Source of the DNA: Candidatus Faecisoma merdavium
Lineage (GTDB): Bacteria; Bacillota_I; Bacilli_A; RF39; UBA660
DNA: 55,012 nt
Direction: 5' to 3'
NCBI GenBank assembly: GCA_018716405.1
Contig: DVJX01000056.1
Coordinates: 1 to 55,012, forward strand
In this document: piece by piece, positions 38,329 to 46,737 of the stretch
Layout of the letters: each line of letters starts with the position of its first letter
Position numbering within the stretch: the first letter of the stretch is position 1
Position numbers and translations under genes: made by a program
Notes under the pieces: generated by a model
Databases searched by the model: none
What the model saw: only the letters and a program-made list of their open reading frames with translations
What the model was told of the DNA's origin: nothing

Positions 38329-39123
38329 TTATTTTATTTGTATTAATTTTTTTACTTTATAAGTAGCAAAATCGCCAATTGGAACACGATAATCACTACC
38401 TATTTCTTTTTCTAATGACTCTAAAAATTTTCTAGAATTTGCAGATTTTTTTACCCATTCATTTACTAATTTTAATTGTTCTTTACTTAATTTTTTTGAC
38501 ATTACTATAGCTAAAAATTTAGCAATAACATAATTCAACATACGTTTATTTTGATCATCTATTTTTAATAAATCTTTTTGATATTTATCCATATCACATA
38601 AATGCATAAAATCAGTCGTGAAAATGTAGCTTCCCCTATTGATATCTGCTGCAAGAACATTTTTTCTTGTCAATTCGTTAAAATCTTCTATTAAATCATG
38701 CATTGAATTAATTAATTCCCCACAACTAAAATCTTCAGGTTCACGATAAATTGGAGAATCTTTCTTCTTTGGATTTGTTACATCATCTAAATATTCCATA
38801 ACATACCCTGTATATACTCCTTCACTATCTAATAAAATATCTATAGGTTTAATAATTCTTTTTAAATCTAACTCATCTAAAAAATAAGTAGCTTTAGAAA
38901 ATGTCATTAAATTTTTTTCTTTTCTTAAACTAATATCATATTTCAATATTTTTAATGCTTTATCATTAAATTTAAATACTATTCCATCATGTCCAGCTCC
39001 AACTCTAGGCAATGCACTAATGTCTGGTATTACTTCTAAAGTACTTCTTAAAACAACTTGTTTATGTTCTACAAACCTTGCCACAATATTTCCCCCATTT
39101 TTGAATTGAAGATATTCTAACAT
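38329..39123 (-). CDS. Protein-kinase-fold protein, unknown specificity
   Basis: G-loop-like GAGHDGIVF, a Lys in ALKILK, a catalytic-loop-like ADINRGSYIF, and DMDKY. No TM or signal peptide. Confidence 0.4.
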   Translation of the reverse strand: MLEYLQFKNGGNIVARFVEHKQVVLRSTLEVIPDISALPRVGAGHDGIVFKFNDKALKILKYDISLRKEKNLMTFSKATYFLDELDLKRIIKPIDILLDSEGVYTGYVMEYLDDVTNPKKKDSPIYREPEDFSCGELINSMHDLIEDFNELTRKNVLAADINRGSYIFTTDFMHLCDMDKYQKDLLKIDDQNKRMLNYVIAKFLAIVMSKKLSKEQLKLVNEWVKKSANSRKFLESLEKEIGSDYRVPIGDFATYKVKKLIQIK

Positions 39124-39127
39124 AAAG

Positions 39128-39859
39128 TTAAGAAAAATGCAAATTAATAATTTTGTTAATTAATAATCCTAATAAAAATGGAATAGTCATTTGACCTACA
39201 ATCATAACTAAACAATAATAATCTTGAAATATATTTTCAAATATTGTAAATAATTGAAATCCTTCACTTATAAACATTAAATTACCATTAAAATTAGTGT
39301 TTATAATATAAGCAAGTAAACAAATGATAAAAACTAATAAAGCATAATATTTTATATCCTTTAATTTTACAGTTACATAATTATATTTAACTATTATTAA
39401 TCCCAAATATATCATAACAGCATGATAAAATAAACTCTGAATACTTATAAAATGAAATAACGGATATATACCTAATGAAGTTCCAGGTGAAATTAAAAAA
39501 GCGATACCAGCAAAAAATCCCCCTGTTGCTAAAAAAACATCACCTATTTTTTTTAGTTTTCCTTTACCAAATCCACTTAAAATTCCAGCATACAATAATA
39601 TACTGCAATAATATAAAGGTACATATGTATTAACATTATTAATATTTCCTATTATAAAATTAAAAATTATTTTTATTATTTCTAATATCCACACTATAAG
39701 AGTCAATATTCTAATAATCCTAGTTATATCTTCTTTTTTATTTATTTTTGTATTCTTAACACTAATAATAATTAAAAATATTATCACTATTATTGATATT
39801 AAATGTTTTAAATTATATAATCCACAAGATGGATATATATCTGGTTTAGCAAAAAACAT
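39128..39859 (-). CDS. Polytopic integral membrane protein (7-8 TM), unknown function
   Basis: The hydrophobicity pattern only. Confidence 0.5.
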   Translation of the reverse strand: MFFAKPDIYPSCGLYNLKHLISIIVIIFLIIISVKNTKINKKEDITRIIRILTLIVWILEIIKIIFNFIIGNINNVNTYVPLYYCSILLYAGILSGFGKGKLKKIGDVFLATGGFFAGIAFLISPGTSLGIYPLFHFISIQSLFYHAVMIYLGLIIVKYNYVTVKLKDIKYYALLVFIICLLAYIINTNFNGNLMFISEGFQLFTIFENIFQDYYCLVMIVGQMTIPFLLGLLINKIINLHFS

Positions 39860-39869
39860 AATTCACTTC

Positions 39870-40364
39870 CTAAACTATAAATAAATATATATTTTCAAGA
39901 TATTTTTCTCTAAATAAATTATTACTAATATATTTTCCACCCATATACTTGTAAAATTCATTCGAAGGATTACCTTCTAAACATCCGACAACAAATTTAT
40001 TTATATTATTTTTTTTCATATCGTTTACAGCAAAATTAAATAATAATTTACCATATCCTTTTTTATGATATTCTTTAAGAACATATAAAGAATAAATTTC
40101 ACCAGCGTTTTCGTATTTATCACTGACATAATCATAATAAATCCAACCAATAATTTTATTATTTAATTTTAAAACATAATAGTTATCGTTATTATCTATC
40201 TTATTTATAATATTTTTAGCAGAATAATCTTCATTTAAATATAAATTTTCTAAAAATTCATTGTCAACAATTCCTTTATAAGTTGTATTCCAAACAACTG
40301 CTATATTATGAGCAAGTTCTTTAGCATCTTCTTTTTTTATTTTTTCTATTATCATAAATATCAA
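39870..40364 (-). CDS. GNAT-family N-acetyltransferase
   Basis: Acetyl-CoA-binding motif KEYHKKGYGKLLF, ~160 aa. Confidence 0.85.
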   Translation of the reverse strand: MIFMIIEKIKKEDAKELAHNIAVVWNTTYKGIVDNEFLENLYLNEDYSAKNIINKIDNNDNYYVLKLNNKIIGWIYYDYVSDKYENAGEIYSLYVLKEYHKKGYGKLLFNFAVNDMKKNNINKFVVGCLEGNPSNEFYKYMGGKYISNNLFREKYLENIYLFIV

Positions 40365-40546
40365 TCCTCATTAAAAATTATAATTATTTAAGATATAGCA
40401 AGCACACACATTCAACGTGTGTCATCTGATTATAACTGCAATGTATAGTTAATGTCGTATGCCTTTTTATAATATATTAACTATGCTACAACAAACTATG
40501 TTCTCTGTATGTTAGTGACAAGTCTTTTCAGTGTAATTATATCACA

Positions 40547-42352
40547 TTACCTTTCTAATTCCAATCTAACTCGAATATTTTCTATTGTTTTTCTTACTCT
40601 ACTTCCATTTTTATCTTTTTCAAAAATATTAAATCTTTGATTACTTATAACATCTAGTATTGTAATATAATTATCTGTATTGTTCAAATTATTATTTTTC
40701 TTAATCATTTCTTTTGTAATATCTTTTTTAGGTGTAAAATTGAATGATTTTTTGCATATAAATCTTATTAAATAAGAATCTTTTTCATCTTTCTCATTAT
40801 ATCCACCAATAATTACATAATCTATTAGTGCATCAAATATTTGTTCATCAAACTTCTCTATATTAAAAATTTTATCACTATTTAACATTTCTTTAAGTTT
40901 AATAATTCCTCTCTCAATTTCATCATCATCTTCTTTTACTAATTGTAGTTGTTCTATTTCTTTATCCATTTTCTCTATTTTATTCAATAATGTTGCTTTT
41001 TTGCTTTTAAATATTTCAGAATCAATAGTACCATCTACCATTAAATCTACCAATTTTGAAATTTTGTTTTCATATTCTATTTTATCTTCTTTTAATTTAT
41101 CTAATTTTTCTTTAGTTGTTCCATTTCTCATTGAATTTTTAACAATGTTAGAAATATTATCAATTATGTTATTTCTATTATTTGCTAATAACTGATAAAT
41201 ATCAATAAAAGCATTTTCTATTATTTCTTCTTTTACAATTTTTCCATCAGGACAATTATACTTTCCATTTTTTGAAGACTCAATACATTGCCAAGCAGCA
41301 ACTTTTTTAGATTGATTTACAAACATTGTCCTTCTGCCCAATGTTTCGCCACAAAATCCACAGCGAAGTCTCGAACTCATTGTATATTTACCTCCAACAT
41401 TTCCCAATCTTCTTCCTGTTGCTCTTGCTCCACACTTTGCTTTTAAAATTTCTTGAACTTTATCAAAATCTTCAACTGAAATAATTGCTTCGTGATGATT
41501 TGATATATAATATTTATCTTCTTCTCCATAATTAACTAATCTCCTGTGAGATATTGGATCTTGAGTAAAGGTTTTTCCTTGAAGTACATCTCCTTTGTAT
41601 TTTTCATTTGTTAATATTCCTCTTACCGTTGTTGCTCCCCATACATCTTTTCCTTTTGGACTTTTTATTCCCATTTTAGTTAATTGTTTTGCAATATAAT
41701 CAGCACCCCTACCATCTAAATACATTCTAAACATCATTTTAACAATATCTGCTTCATTTTCTTTAATTATCATTTTATTATTATCTGAATCATATACATA
41801 GCCGTAACAATTATTAAATCCTATTAATTCTCCACGTTCTTTTTTCATTTTCAACCCTAGTTTAACGTGAGATGAAATAGTTTCGCTTTCTTGTTGGGCT
41901 ACAGAACTTAATATTGTTAATAATAATTCTCCTGACATTTCCAATGTATTAATATTTTCTTCTTCAAAAAAAACTGCAACATTATTTTCTTTTAGTTTTC
42001 TCACATATTTCAAAGTATCTACAGTATTTCTCGCAAATCTGGATATAGATTTAGTAATAATCATATCAAATTTACCATTTATTCCATCGTGAATCATTTT
42101 CATAAAATCGTTTCTTTTATAATCCAAAGTTCCTGAAATTGCTTCATCTGCATACATATCGATATATTGCCATTCATCATTTGAAGATATTTTTTCTTTA
42201 TAATATTTTTTTTGAGACTCATAACTATTTAGTTGTTCTTCATTTCCAGTACTAACTCTTGCATAAGCAGTAACCCTTAATCTTTCAGTTATTAATAAAC
42301 CAGTATTTCTATCTACTCTACCATCTTTCTTTTTAATTATTTTTATATCCAT
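40547..42352 (-). CDS. Large serine recombinase
   Basis: Resolvase catalytic domain (AYARVSTGNEEQLNSYESQ), recombinase domain, zinc-ribbon cysteines (CGFCGETL...WQC...CPDG) and a C-terminal coiled coil. Start set at the second ATG (SD AAGGAA). Confidence 0.9.
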   Translation of the reverse strand: MDIKIIKKKDGRVDRNTGLLITERLRVTAYARVSTGNEEQLNSYESQKKYYKEKISSNDEWQYIDMYADEAISGTLDYKRNDFMKMIHDGINGKFDMIITKSISRFARNTVDTLKYVRKLKENNVAVFFEEENINTLEMSGELLLTILSSVAQQESETISSHVKLGLKMKKERGELIGFNNCYGYVYDSDNNKMIIKENEADIVKMMFRMYLDGRGADYIAKQLTKMGIKSPKGKDVWGATTVRGILTNEKYKGDVLQGKTFTQDPISHRRLVNYGEEDKYYISNHHEAIISVEDFDKVQEILKAKCGARATGRRLGNVGGKYTMSSRLRCGFCGETLGRRTMFVNQSKKVAAWQCIESSKNGKYNCPDGKIVKEEIIENAFIDIYQLLANNRNNIIDNISNIVKNSMRNGTTKEKLDKLKEDKIEYENKISKLVDLMVDGTIDSEIFKSKKATLLNKIEKMDKEIEQLQLVKEDDDEIERGIIKLKEMLNSDKIFNIEKFDEQIFDALIDYVIIGGYNEKDEKDSYLIRFICKKSFNFTPKKDITKEMIKKNNNLNNTDNYITILDVISNQRFNIFEKDKNGSRVRKTIENIRVRLELER

Positions 42353-42401
42353 AAACATTTCCTTTCTTGTTCGAACAATGCCATTTTATAAGAATAATCA
42401 A

Positions 42402-42569
42402 TTAATTACAATTGTGCGATTTATTTAATTGCACAATTGACTTTTTATAAGTTATCTCATCAATTATTTTCTTATTTTTTACAAGATTTAGAATTCGTAA
42501 CTGTTCAAGATAATCAACAAAATCTTTATTAAATGAAGAAGTTTTATTAACAATTATTTTTTTTATCAT
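42402..42569 (-). CDS. 55-aa ORF translationally coupled to the mazF stop (ATGA)
   Basis: MIKKIIVNKTSSFNKDFVDYLEQLRILNLVKNKKIIDEITYKKSIVQLNKSHNCN. Its ATG overlaps the MazF TGA. Below the ORF-track cutoff, and no family recognised. Confidence 0.3.
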   Translation of the reverse strand: MIKKIIVNKTSSFNKDFVDYLEQLRILNLVKNKKIIDEITYKKSIVQLNKSHNCN

Positions 42570-42922
42570 TTTATATCAAAAGTATCCTTTAATGATTTAT
42601 TGACTAAGTTGATTTCTTCTTCATTCAAACTACATAAAAATGATATTAATCTTGTTTTATCTAAAACTCTTACTTGTTCCAATAGAATAAGTGAATCGTG
42701 TGTTATTTTTTCATTTGATTTTATTTCTATATGTGTAGGTAGATAATTTTTCTTTTTTGATTTACTTGTTAAAGGAGCAATTAATACAGTTGGGCTATAT
42801 TTATTACCTAAGTTATTTTGAACAACCACCACTGGTCTTGTACCGTTTTGTTCACTTCCTATAATAGGATCTAAATTAGCATAATAAATATCTCCTTTTT
42901 TTATTACCCTATCTTCGTTCAT
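42566..42922 (-). CDS. mazF: MazF/PemK-family type II toxin endoribonuclease
   Basis: KGDIYYANLDPIIGSEQNGTRPVVVVQNN...VLIAPLTS signature. Start set at MNEDR, overlapping the upstream ORF by 14 nt. Confidence 0.85.
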   Translation of the reverse strand: MNEDRVIKKGDIYYANLDPIIGSEQNGTRPVVVVQNNLGNKYSPTVLIAPLTSKSKKKNYLPTHIEIKSNEKITHDSLILLEQVRVLDKTRLISFLCSLNEEEINLVNKSLKDTFDIK

Positions 42923-43127
42923 TTTTATTAATCTCAACTTTATAAATAGTATGTGGTGTTTCATTATTAATTAGATTTCTAATATCTAAATTGTTATTTT
43001 TTCTTAAATAGTTATCTACTAGCCCTTTAACATCTGCTTTTGCTCTTTCCATACTTGTTTGCGTATGATCCATTGTTATAATATATTCTAATTTTACAGT
43101 TACTCTGTATCTTTTACTTTTCTTCAT
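42909..43127 (-). CDS. 72-aa protein in the antitoxin position (no recognisable MazE/AbrB or RHH signature)
   Basis: Overlaps the mazF start. AGGAGG is present but 13 nt from the ATG. Confidence 0.4.
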   Translation of the reverse strand: MKKSKRYRVTVKLEYIITMDHTQTSMERAKADVKGLVDNYLRKNNNLDIRNLINNETPHTIYKVEINKNERR

Positions 43128-43157
43128 ATTAAAAATTTTTCCTCCTTATATGTAAAA

Positions 43158-43181
43158 GCACGAGATAGTAAAATCTCGTGC
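43158..43181 (-). terminator. Leader hairpin or weak terminator just upstream of the TA operon SD
   Basis: GCACGAGAU-uuuacua-UCUCGUGC followed by UUUU on the minus strand. Confidence 0.35.
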
Positions 43182-43194
43182 TAAATTTATTTTT

Positions 43195-43430
43195 ATTGTT
43201 TAAGTAACTGATATTTTTCCTCGAACCCCTCAGTCTTTGGGAAATCATCAAACGATTAAATTGCTAATTTAATCTCACAGGAATTCCACCTCCCCGAGGA
43301 TCTCTCCGGGCTGCCCCCATTGCTTTAGGCTGTGGCTAGACAGGAGTATCTTTAATACTACTATTAATCTTCGCATATTAGTTGCTAACTAATTTTATAA
43401 CCAAACAATTATCGTCAAGCGTATTTGTTA
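43195..43430 (-). ncRNA. Unclassified GC-rich structured element (candidate ncRNA or cis-regulatory leader); strand tentative
   Basis: A ~130-nt core (about 43218-43352) is far more G+C-rich than anything nearby. It has no ORF and several hand-foldable helices. See the findings. Confidence 0.35.
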
Positions 43431-43500
43431 AAGTGCTTATAATAGTAGGAACGTATTTGATGAATGTATATACAATTGTCAAAGATCTCCTGTTTCCAAC

Positions 43501-43549
43501 AAAAAAGGAAACAGTGAAAGGATGATTTATTACCCTCTCAACTGTTTCC
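43501..43549 (-). terminator. Terminator after the sigma-like gene
   Basis: GGAAACAG...(27 nt)...CUGUUUCC followed by U6 on the minus strand. Confidence 0.55.
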
Positions 43550-43581
43550 TCACTAAAACGTAAAATTTGTAGTCTAATTTG

Positions 43582-44052
43582 TTAATTTTTTAAAATTTCT
43601 TTTAATTTTTTGATTGCAATATCTAAACTGAACTTTACTGCTCTATGTGTACAATGTTCTTCTTTTGCGATTTCTTTCAGTGTTTTTTCATCAAAATAGT
43701 ACTTTTTTATTCTTCTTTTTTGTATTTCAGGAAGTAAATTAATTGCAATCATTAAATTTTCATAAGACGATTTTCTTATAACAGAATCCTCAACACTTAA
43801 AGGTTTGTTCATTATTCTTGTATTTAATTTATTGTCAGTTAGTTCCGAATGTTCTATATGCCTATCATATTCATTAAGTTCTTTTAAATCATCTAGTTCA
43901 AATCTATCCATTGCTTCATATATTTCTTTGCTAACTTGCACTTCATTATTTTTATTATTAATATCTTTAAATATTATAAAGTAAGTATTATTAATTACTT
44001 TTAACATATAAGGATTATCATTACTTTTCCTTCTTTTTGGTCTATTAACCAT
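43582..44052 (-). CDS. Sigma-70 region-4-type HTH regulator typical of Firmicute mobile elements
   Basis: C-terminal LPEIQKRRIKKYYFDEKTLKEIAKEEHCTHRAVKFSLDIAIKKLKEIL. Start set at the ATG 8 nt after GGAGG. Confidence 0.65.
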   Translation of the reverse strand: MVNRPKRRKSNDNPYMLKVINNTYFIIFKDINNKNNEVQVSKEIYEAMDRFELDDLKELNEYDRHIEHSELTDNKLNTRIMNKPLSVEDSVIRKSSYENLMIAINLLPEIQKRRIKKYYFDEKTLKEIAKEEHCTHRAVKFSLDIAIKKLKEILKN

Positions 44053-44132
44053 TCCATTTTCCTCCAATCAATTCGTTTTTTTTGAATTGATTGAAGGTGG
44101 AGATCTACATCTTATAATTATTTTTTTATAAC

Positions 44133-44177
44133 AAAAAAAACCGATTATAAAACTCGATGGTCGAGCCTTATAATCGG
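44133..44177 (-). terminator. Strong Rho-independent terminator
   Basis: CCGAUUAUAA...CUCGA-cca-UCGAG...UUAUAAUCGG followed by U8 on the minus strand. Confidence 0.7.
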
Positions 44178-44695
44178 CGTCAATAAGAACTTCAAAATAT
44201 GAATTTAATGCTTTTTGAGAGCATAAAATAGAATAGAAATTTTGTTTATAATAATAATCTTGAAATTTTCTAAACTTAATATAATACACTCTCATAATGG
44301 CAGTACTCCCCCGAGCAATGCCTCATATAAGAGTTAACGAGTATTTTTTCATTTGTACAATTCGTTTTTTTATTATCTCTTATATAATTAACCAGTAATA
44401 TTATTATCCAATAATAAAAAAGTACTGCCTAATCATTTTTATTATTTTCTATTCTTTTAAATTTATATACCCCTTTTCTCACAATATCACAGATTTGTGG
44501 CATTGCTAAAAAACAATAAAATAATCACTAAAAATTATTTAGTTGCTATAATACCATATTTTTCCTAAAAAAGTTGTCGAAATATGCCGAAAGTATGTTA
44601 TTTTTGCCTAAACGTTTTTTTTTTTGTCTAAAAGCATAAAAAAAGATGTTATATTTCAATATAAACACCTTTCTATAAACTATTTTAGTTAATTA

Positions 44696-46726
44696 TTATT
44701 CAATTCCTAATGCTTTATAAACTGCATCTTCTGGATTGTTATAAAATGATATATTAAATTTGGAAAATAAATCGCTTGGTACATTTGATATATCACTTGC
44801 TGAAGACATAGGAAGCAATATTTTCTTTGCTCCAGAATCAAAACATACTTGGAGAGTATTTGCTAATTCTTCCACTTTACTTATTGTTCCACCAATGCTC
44901 ATACTTCCTAGTATAACTAAACTGCCCTGCATTGGCTTTTTTAAGGCACTACTACACATTGCAACAAAAGATGCAAGAGAAATATCTTTTGAAGCACCTA
45001 CTCCTTGTAAATCTTCTATATGTAATAAATAATCTACATTATCAACTTGAATACTTGCACTTATACTTTTTTTATTTGCTTTGAAATAATTAAATGCTGT
45101 ATTCAATGCTTCTTTTGTTTCTCTATCAGTTCCTATACCAGATGTTGCAAATTTTCCGTGTCCACTTGGTGATTCAACTTCTATTTTAAATGTTCCTATC
45201 ATTCCAGAATTACCCCTACCTATAAAATAAGTATGTCCTGCTTTTAACATTCCCTCTGGAATAAGTTTTCCTCCCCCACTCTCTGGTACAGAAATAAACT
45301 TTTCTTCCATAGTATCTAAATCAATATAAGAAAAATGCACATCATAGAATTCCATACCACCAATTTTCTTTAATTGTTCCTTAACACGTCTTCTTCCAAC
45401 TAAAGCATAAGAAAGTATTTCTTCAAGTTCTTCTTTACTATATTCCCCATCTGGGTATAATAATTTTACAAAACCAGATACTGTCTTTCTTACTGCGATA
45501 ACATCTCTTTGATTTAGATTATTACCTAATTTAAAGTATTTATCAAAAGAATCAGAAAATGTTCTTTTTCTCATTTCTCTAAAATATTCTGATAAGTAAT
45601 CAGTAATAAATCCATATTCATCTGTTATTAATTCTGGTCGCATTTTAGGTATTTCCCATCCAGGTAAATAATAATGCATTCTATCAAAAAATGCTGAATC
45701 GTTTGCCATTTCTTTTGGAAAAGGCTCAAACAAATGAGAAGTTTTTAATAATACTTCAACACTTTGATTAATATTTCCAACAAACACCATTGAGGCATTA
45801 GCATTCTTTTCTTCTTTACCTCTTGCAAATGAGCCAGAAGCCATATAATCTTTCATTATTTGAATTCCGTCTTTGTCTTTGAAAGTTATTCCGGCAACCT
45901 CATCAAATGCCACACAATCCCACATACCAACTAAACCTATTTTCTTTTGTCCCATATTATAGAACAAGTTGGCAACTGTAGTTTGTCCACCAGATACTAA
46001 TATGCTATTAGGAGATATTTCTTTATATATGTGTGATTTTCCTGTTCCTCTTGGACCTAATTCACACAAATTATAATTATTTTCTACTAAAGGTACTGCT
46101 CTTTCTATGAAATGCCATTTTTGTATTTCAGTTAAATGTGATGGCTCTATTCCCATTGAACGGATTAAAACATCTATCCATTCTTGCTTTGTAAAGTGCT
46201 TTCTTCCCTCAAATAGTTGATTTAAGTCCATATTTGGAAGTTGTATAGGATCAAGCCCTGCTACTACAAAAGGCATTCTATGTTTATCTTGGTCATCAAA
46301 ACTATAACTTACTTTTATAATACACCATATACCACCAACTAAAAGTTTTTCATATTTACTAACAATTCCACTATCAATTAAAGCATCTTTTATTCCTAAA
46401 TTAGAAAACTCTGCCTGATATATATCTAATTTCTCATTTAATTTAACTGTTACCTTATCAATGATTGTGTATATTCCTTTTTCTTTTATTTTTGATTTAA
46501 TTTTTTCGGCTTCATCTGGTCTAACAAAGTTATCTGCTAATATCTTTTTTACTGTTTCTACTCCATCTGCAATAGCATTTTCATCATTAGTTGCACAATA
46601 CATTCCAAGTAAATATTCAAGTACATAAACAGGAACATTAGCCCCCTCTTTTATTTTCTTTGTTAAATCTTTTCTTACAACTTTACCTGCAAAGTATTTA
46701 TTTAACTTTTCATTTAATTCTTCCAC
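44696..46726 (-). CDS. brxL: BREX Lon-like protease BrxL
   Basis: The N-terminus LNKYFAGKVVRKDLTKKIKEGANVPVYVLEYLLGMYC is characteristic of BrxL. AAA-like core (GPRGTGKSH) and a C-terminal Lon-protease-like domain. GTG start 7 nt after AGGAGG. Confidence 0.9.
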   Translation of the reverse strand: MEELNEKLNKYFAGKVVRKDLTKKIKEGANVPVYVLEYLLGMYCATNDENAIADGVETVKKILADNFVRPDEAEKIKSKIKEKGIYTIIDKVTVKLNEKLDIYQAEFSNLGIKDALIDSGIVSKYEKLLVGGIWCIIKVSYSFDDQDKHRMPFVVAGLDPIQLPNMDLNQLFEGRKHFTKQEWIDVLIRSMGIEPSHLTEIQKWHFIERAVPLVENNYNLCELGPRGTGKSHIYKEISPNSILVSGGQTTVANLFYNMGQKKIGLVGMWDCVAFDEVAGITFKDKDGIQIMKDYMASGSFARGKEEKNANASMVFVGNINQSVEVLLKTSHLFEPFPKEMANDSAFFDRMHYYLPGWEIPKMRPELITDEYGFITDYLSEYFREMRKRTFSDSFDKYFKLGNNLNQRDVIAVRKTVSGFVKLLYPDGEYSKEELEEILSYALVGRRRVKEQLKKIGGMEFYDVHFSYIDLDTMEEKFISVPESGGGKLIPEGMLKAGHTYFIGRGNSGMIGTFKIEVESPSGHGKFATSGIGTDRETKEALNTAFNYFKANKKSISASIQVDNVDYLLHIEDLQGVGASKDISLASFVAMCSSALKKPMQGSLVILGSMSIGGTISKVEELANTLQVCFDSGAKKILLPMSSASDISNVPSDLFSKFNISFYNNPEDAVYKALGIE

Positions 46727-46737
46727 TATTACACCTC

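Noticed and set aside
43218-43352. The GC-rich element as a tRNA or tRNA fragment (it contains GGGGTTCGAGG), or as a known riboswitch or housekeeping RNA.
   Set aside because: No complementary T-stem, acceptor stem or anticodon arm can be drawn. By eye it lacks the conserved cores I remember for the fluoride, c-di-GMP-I/II, ykkC, cobalamin, ZTP, M-box, SRP, RNase P and T-box RNAs. It needs a covariance-model scan.
43300-43357. 18-codon ORF MGAARRDPRGGGIPVRLN inside the GC-rich element.
   Set aside because: It has no SD, and its composition simply mirrors the GC-rich helices. It is more likely incidental to RNA structure.
44068-44295. 75-aa ORF between brxL and the sigma-like gene.
   Set aside because: It runs straight through the strongest terminator hairpin in the region (44133-44177). 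It has no SD, and its translation looks non-protein-like.
44299-44322. Possible relatedness between the GC-rich patch at 44.3 kb (CTCCCCCGAG...) and the 43.3-kb element (CTCCCCGAG...).
   Set aside because: The shared stretch is only ~7-9 nt with an indel. That is too short to claim a repeat family without an alignment search.
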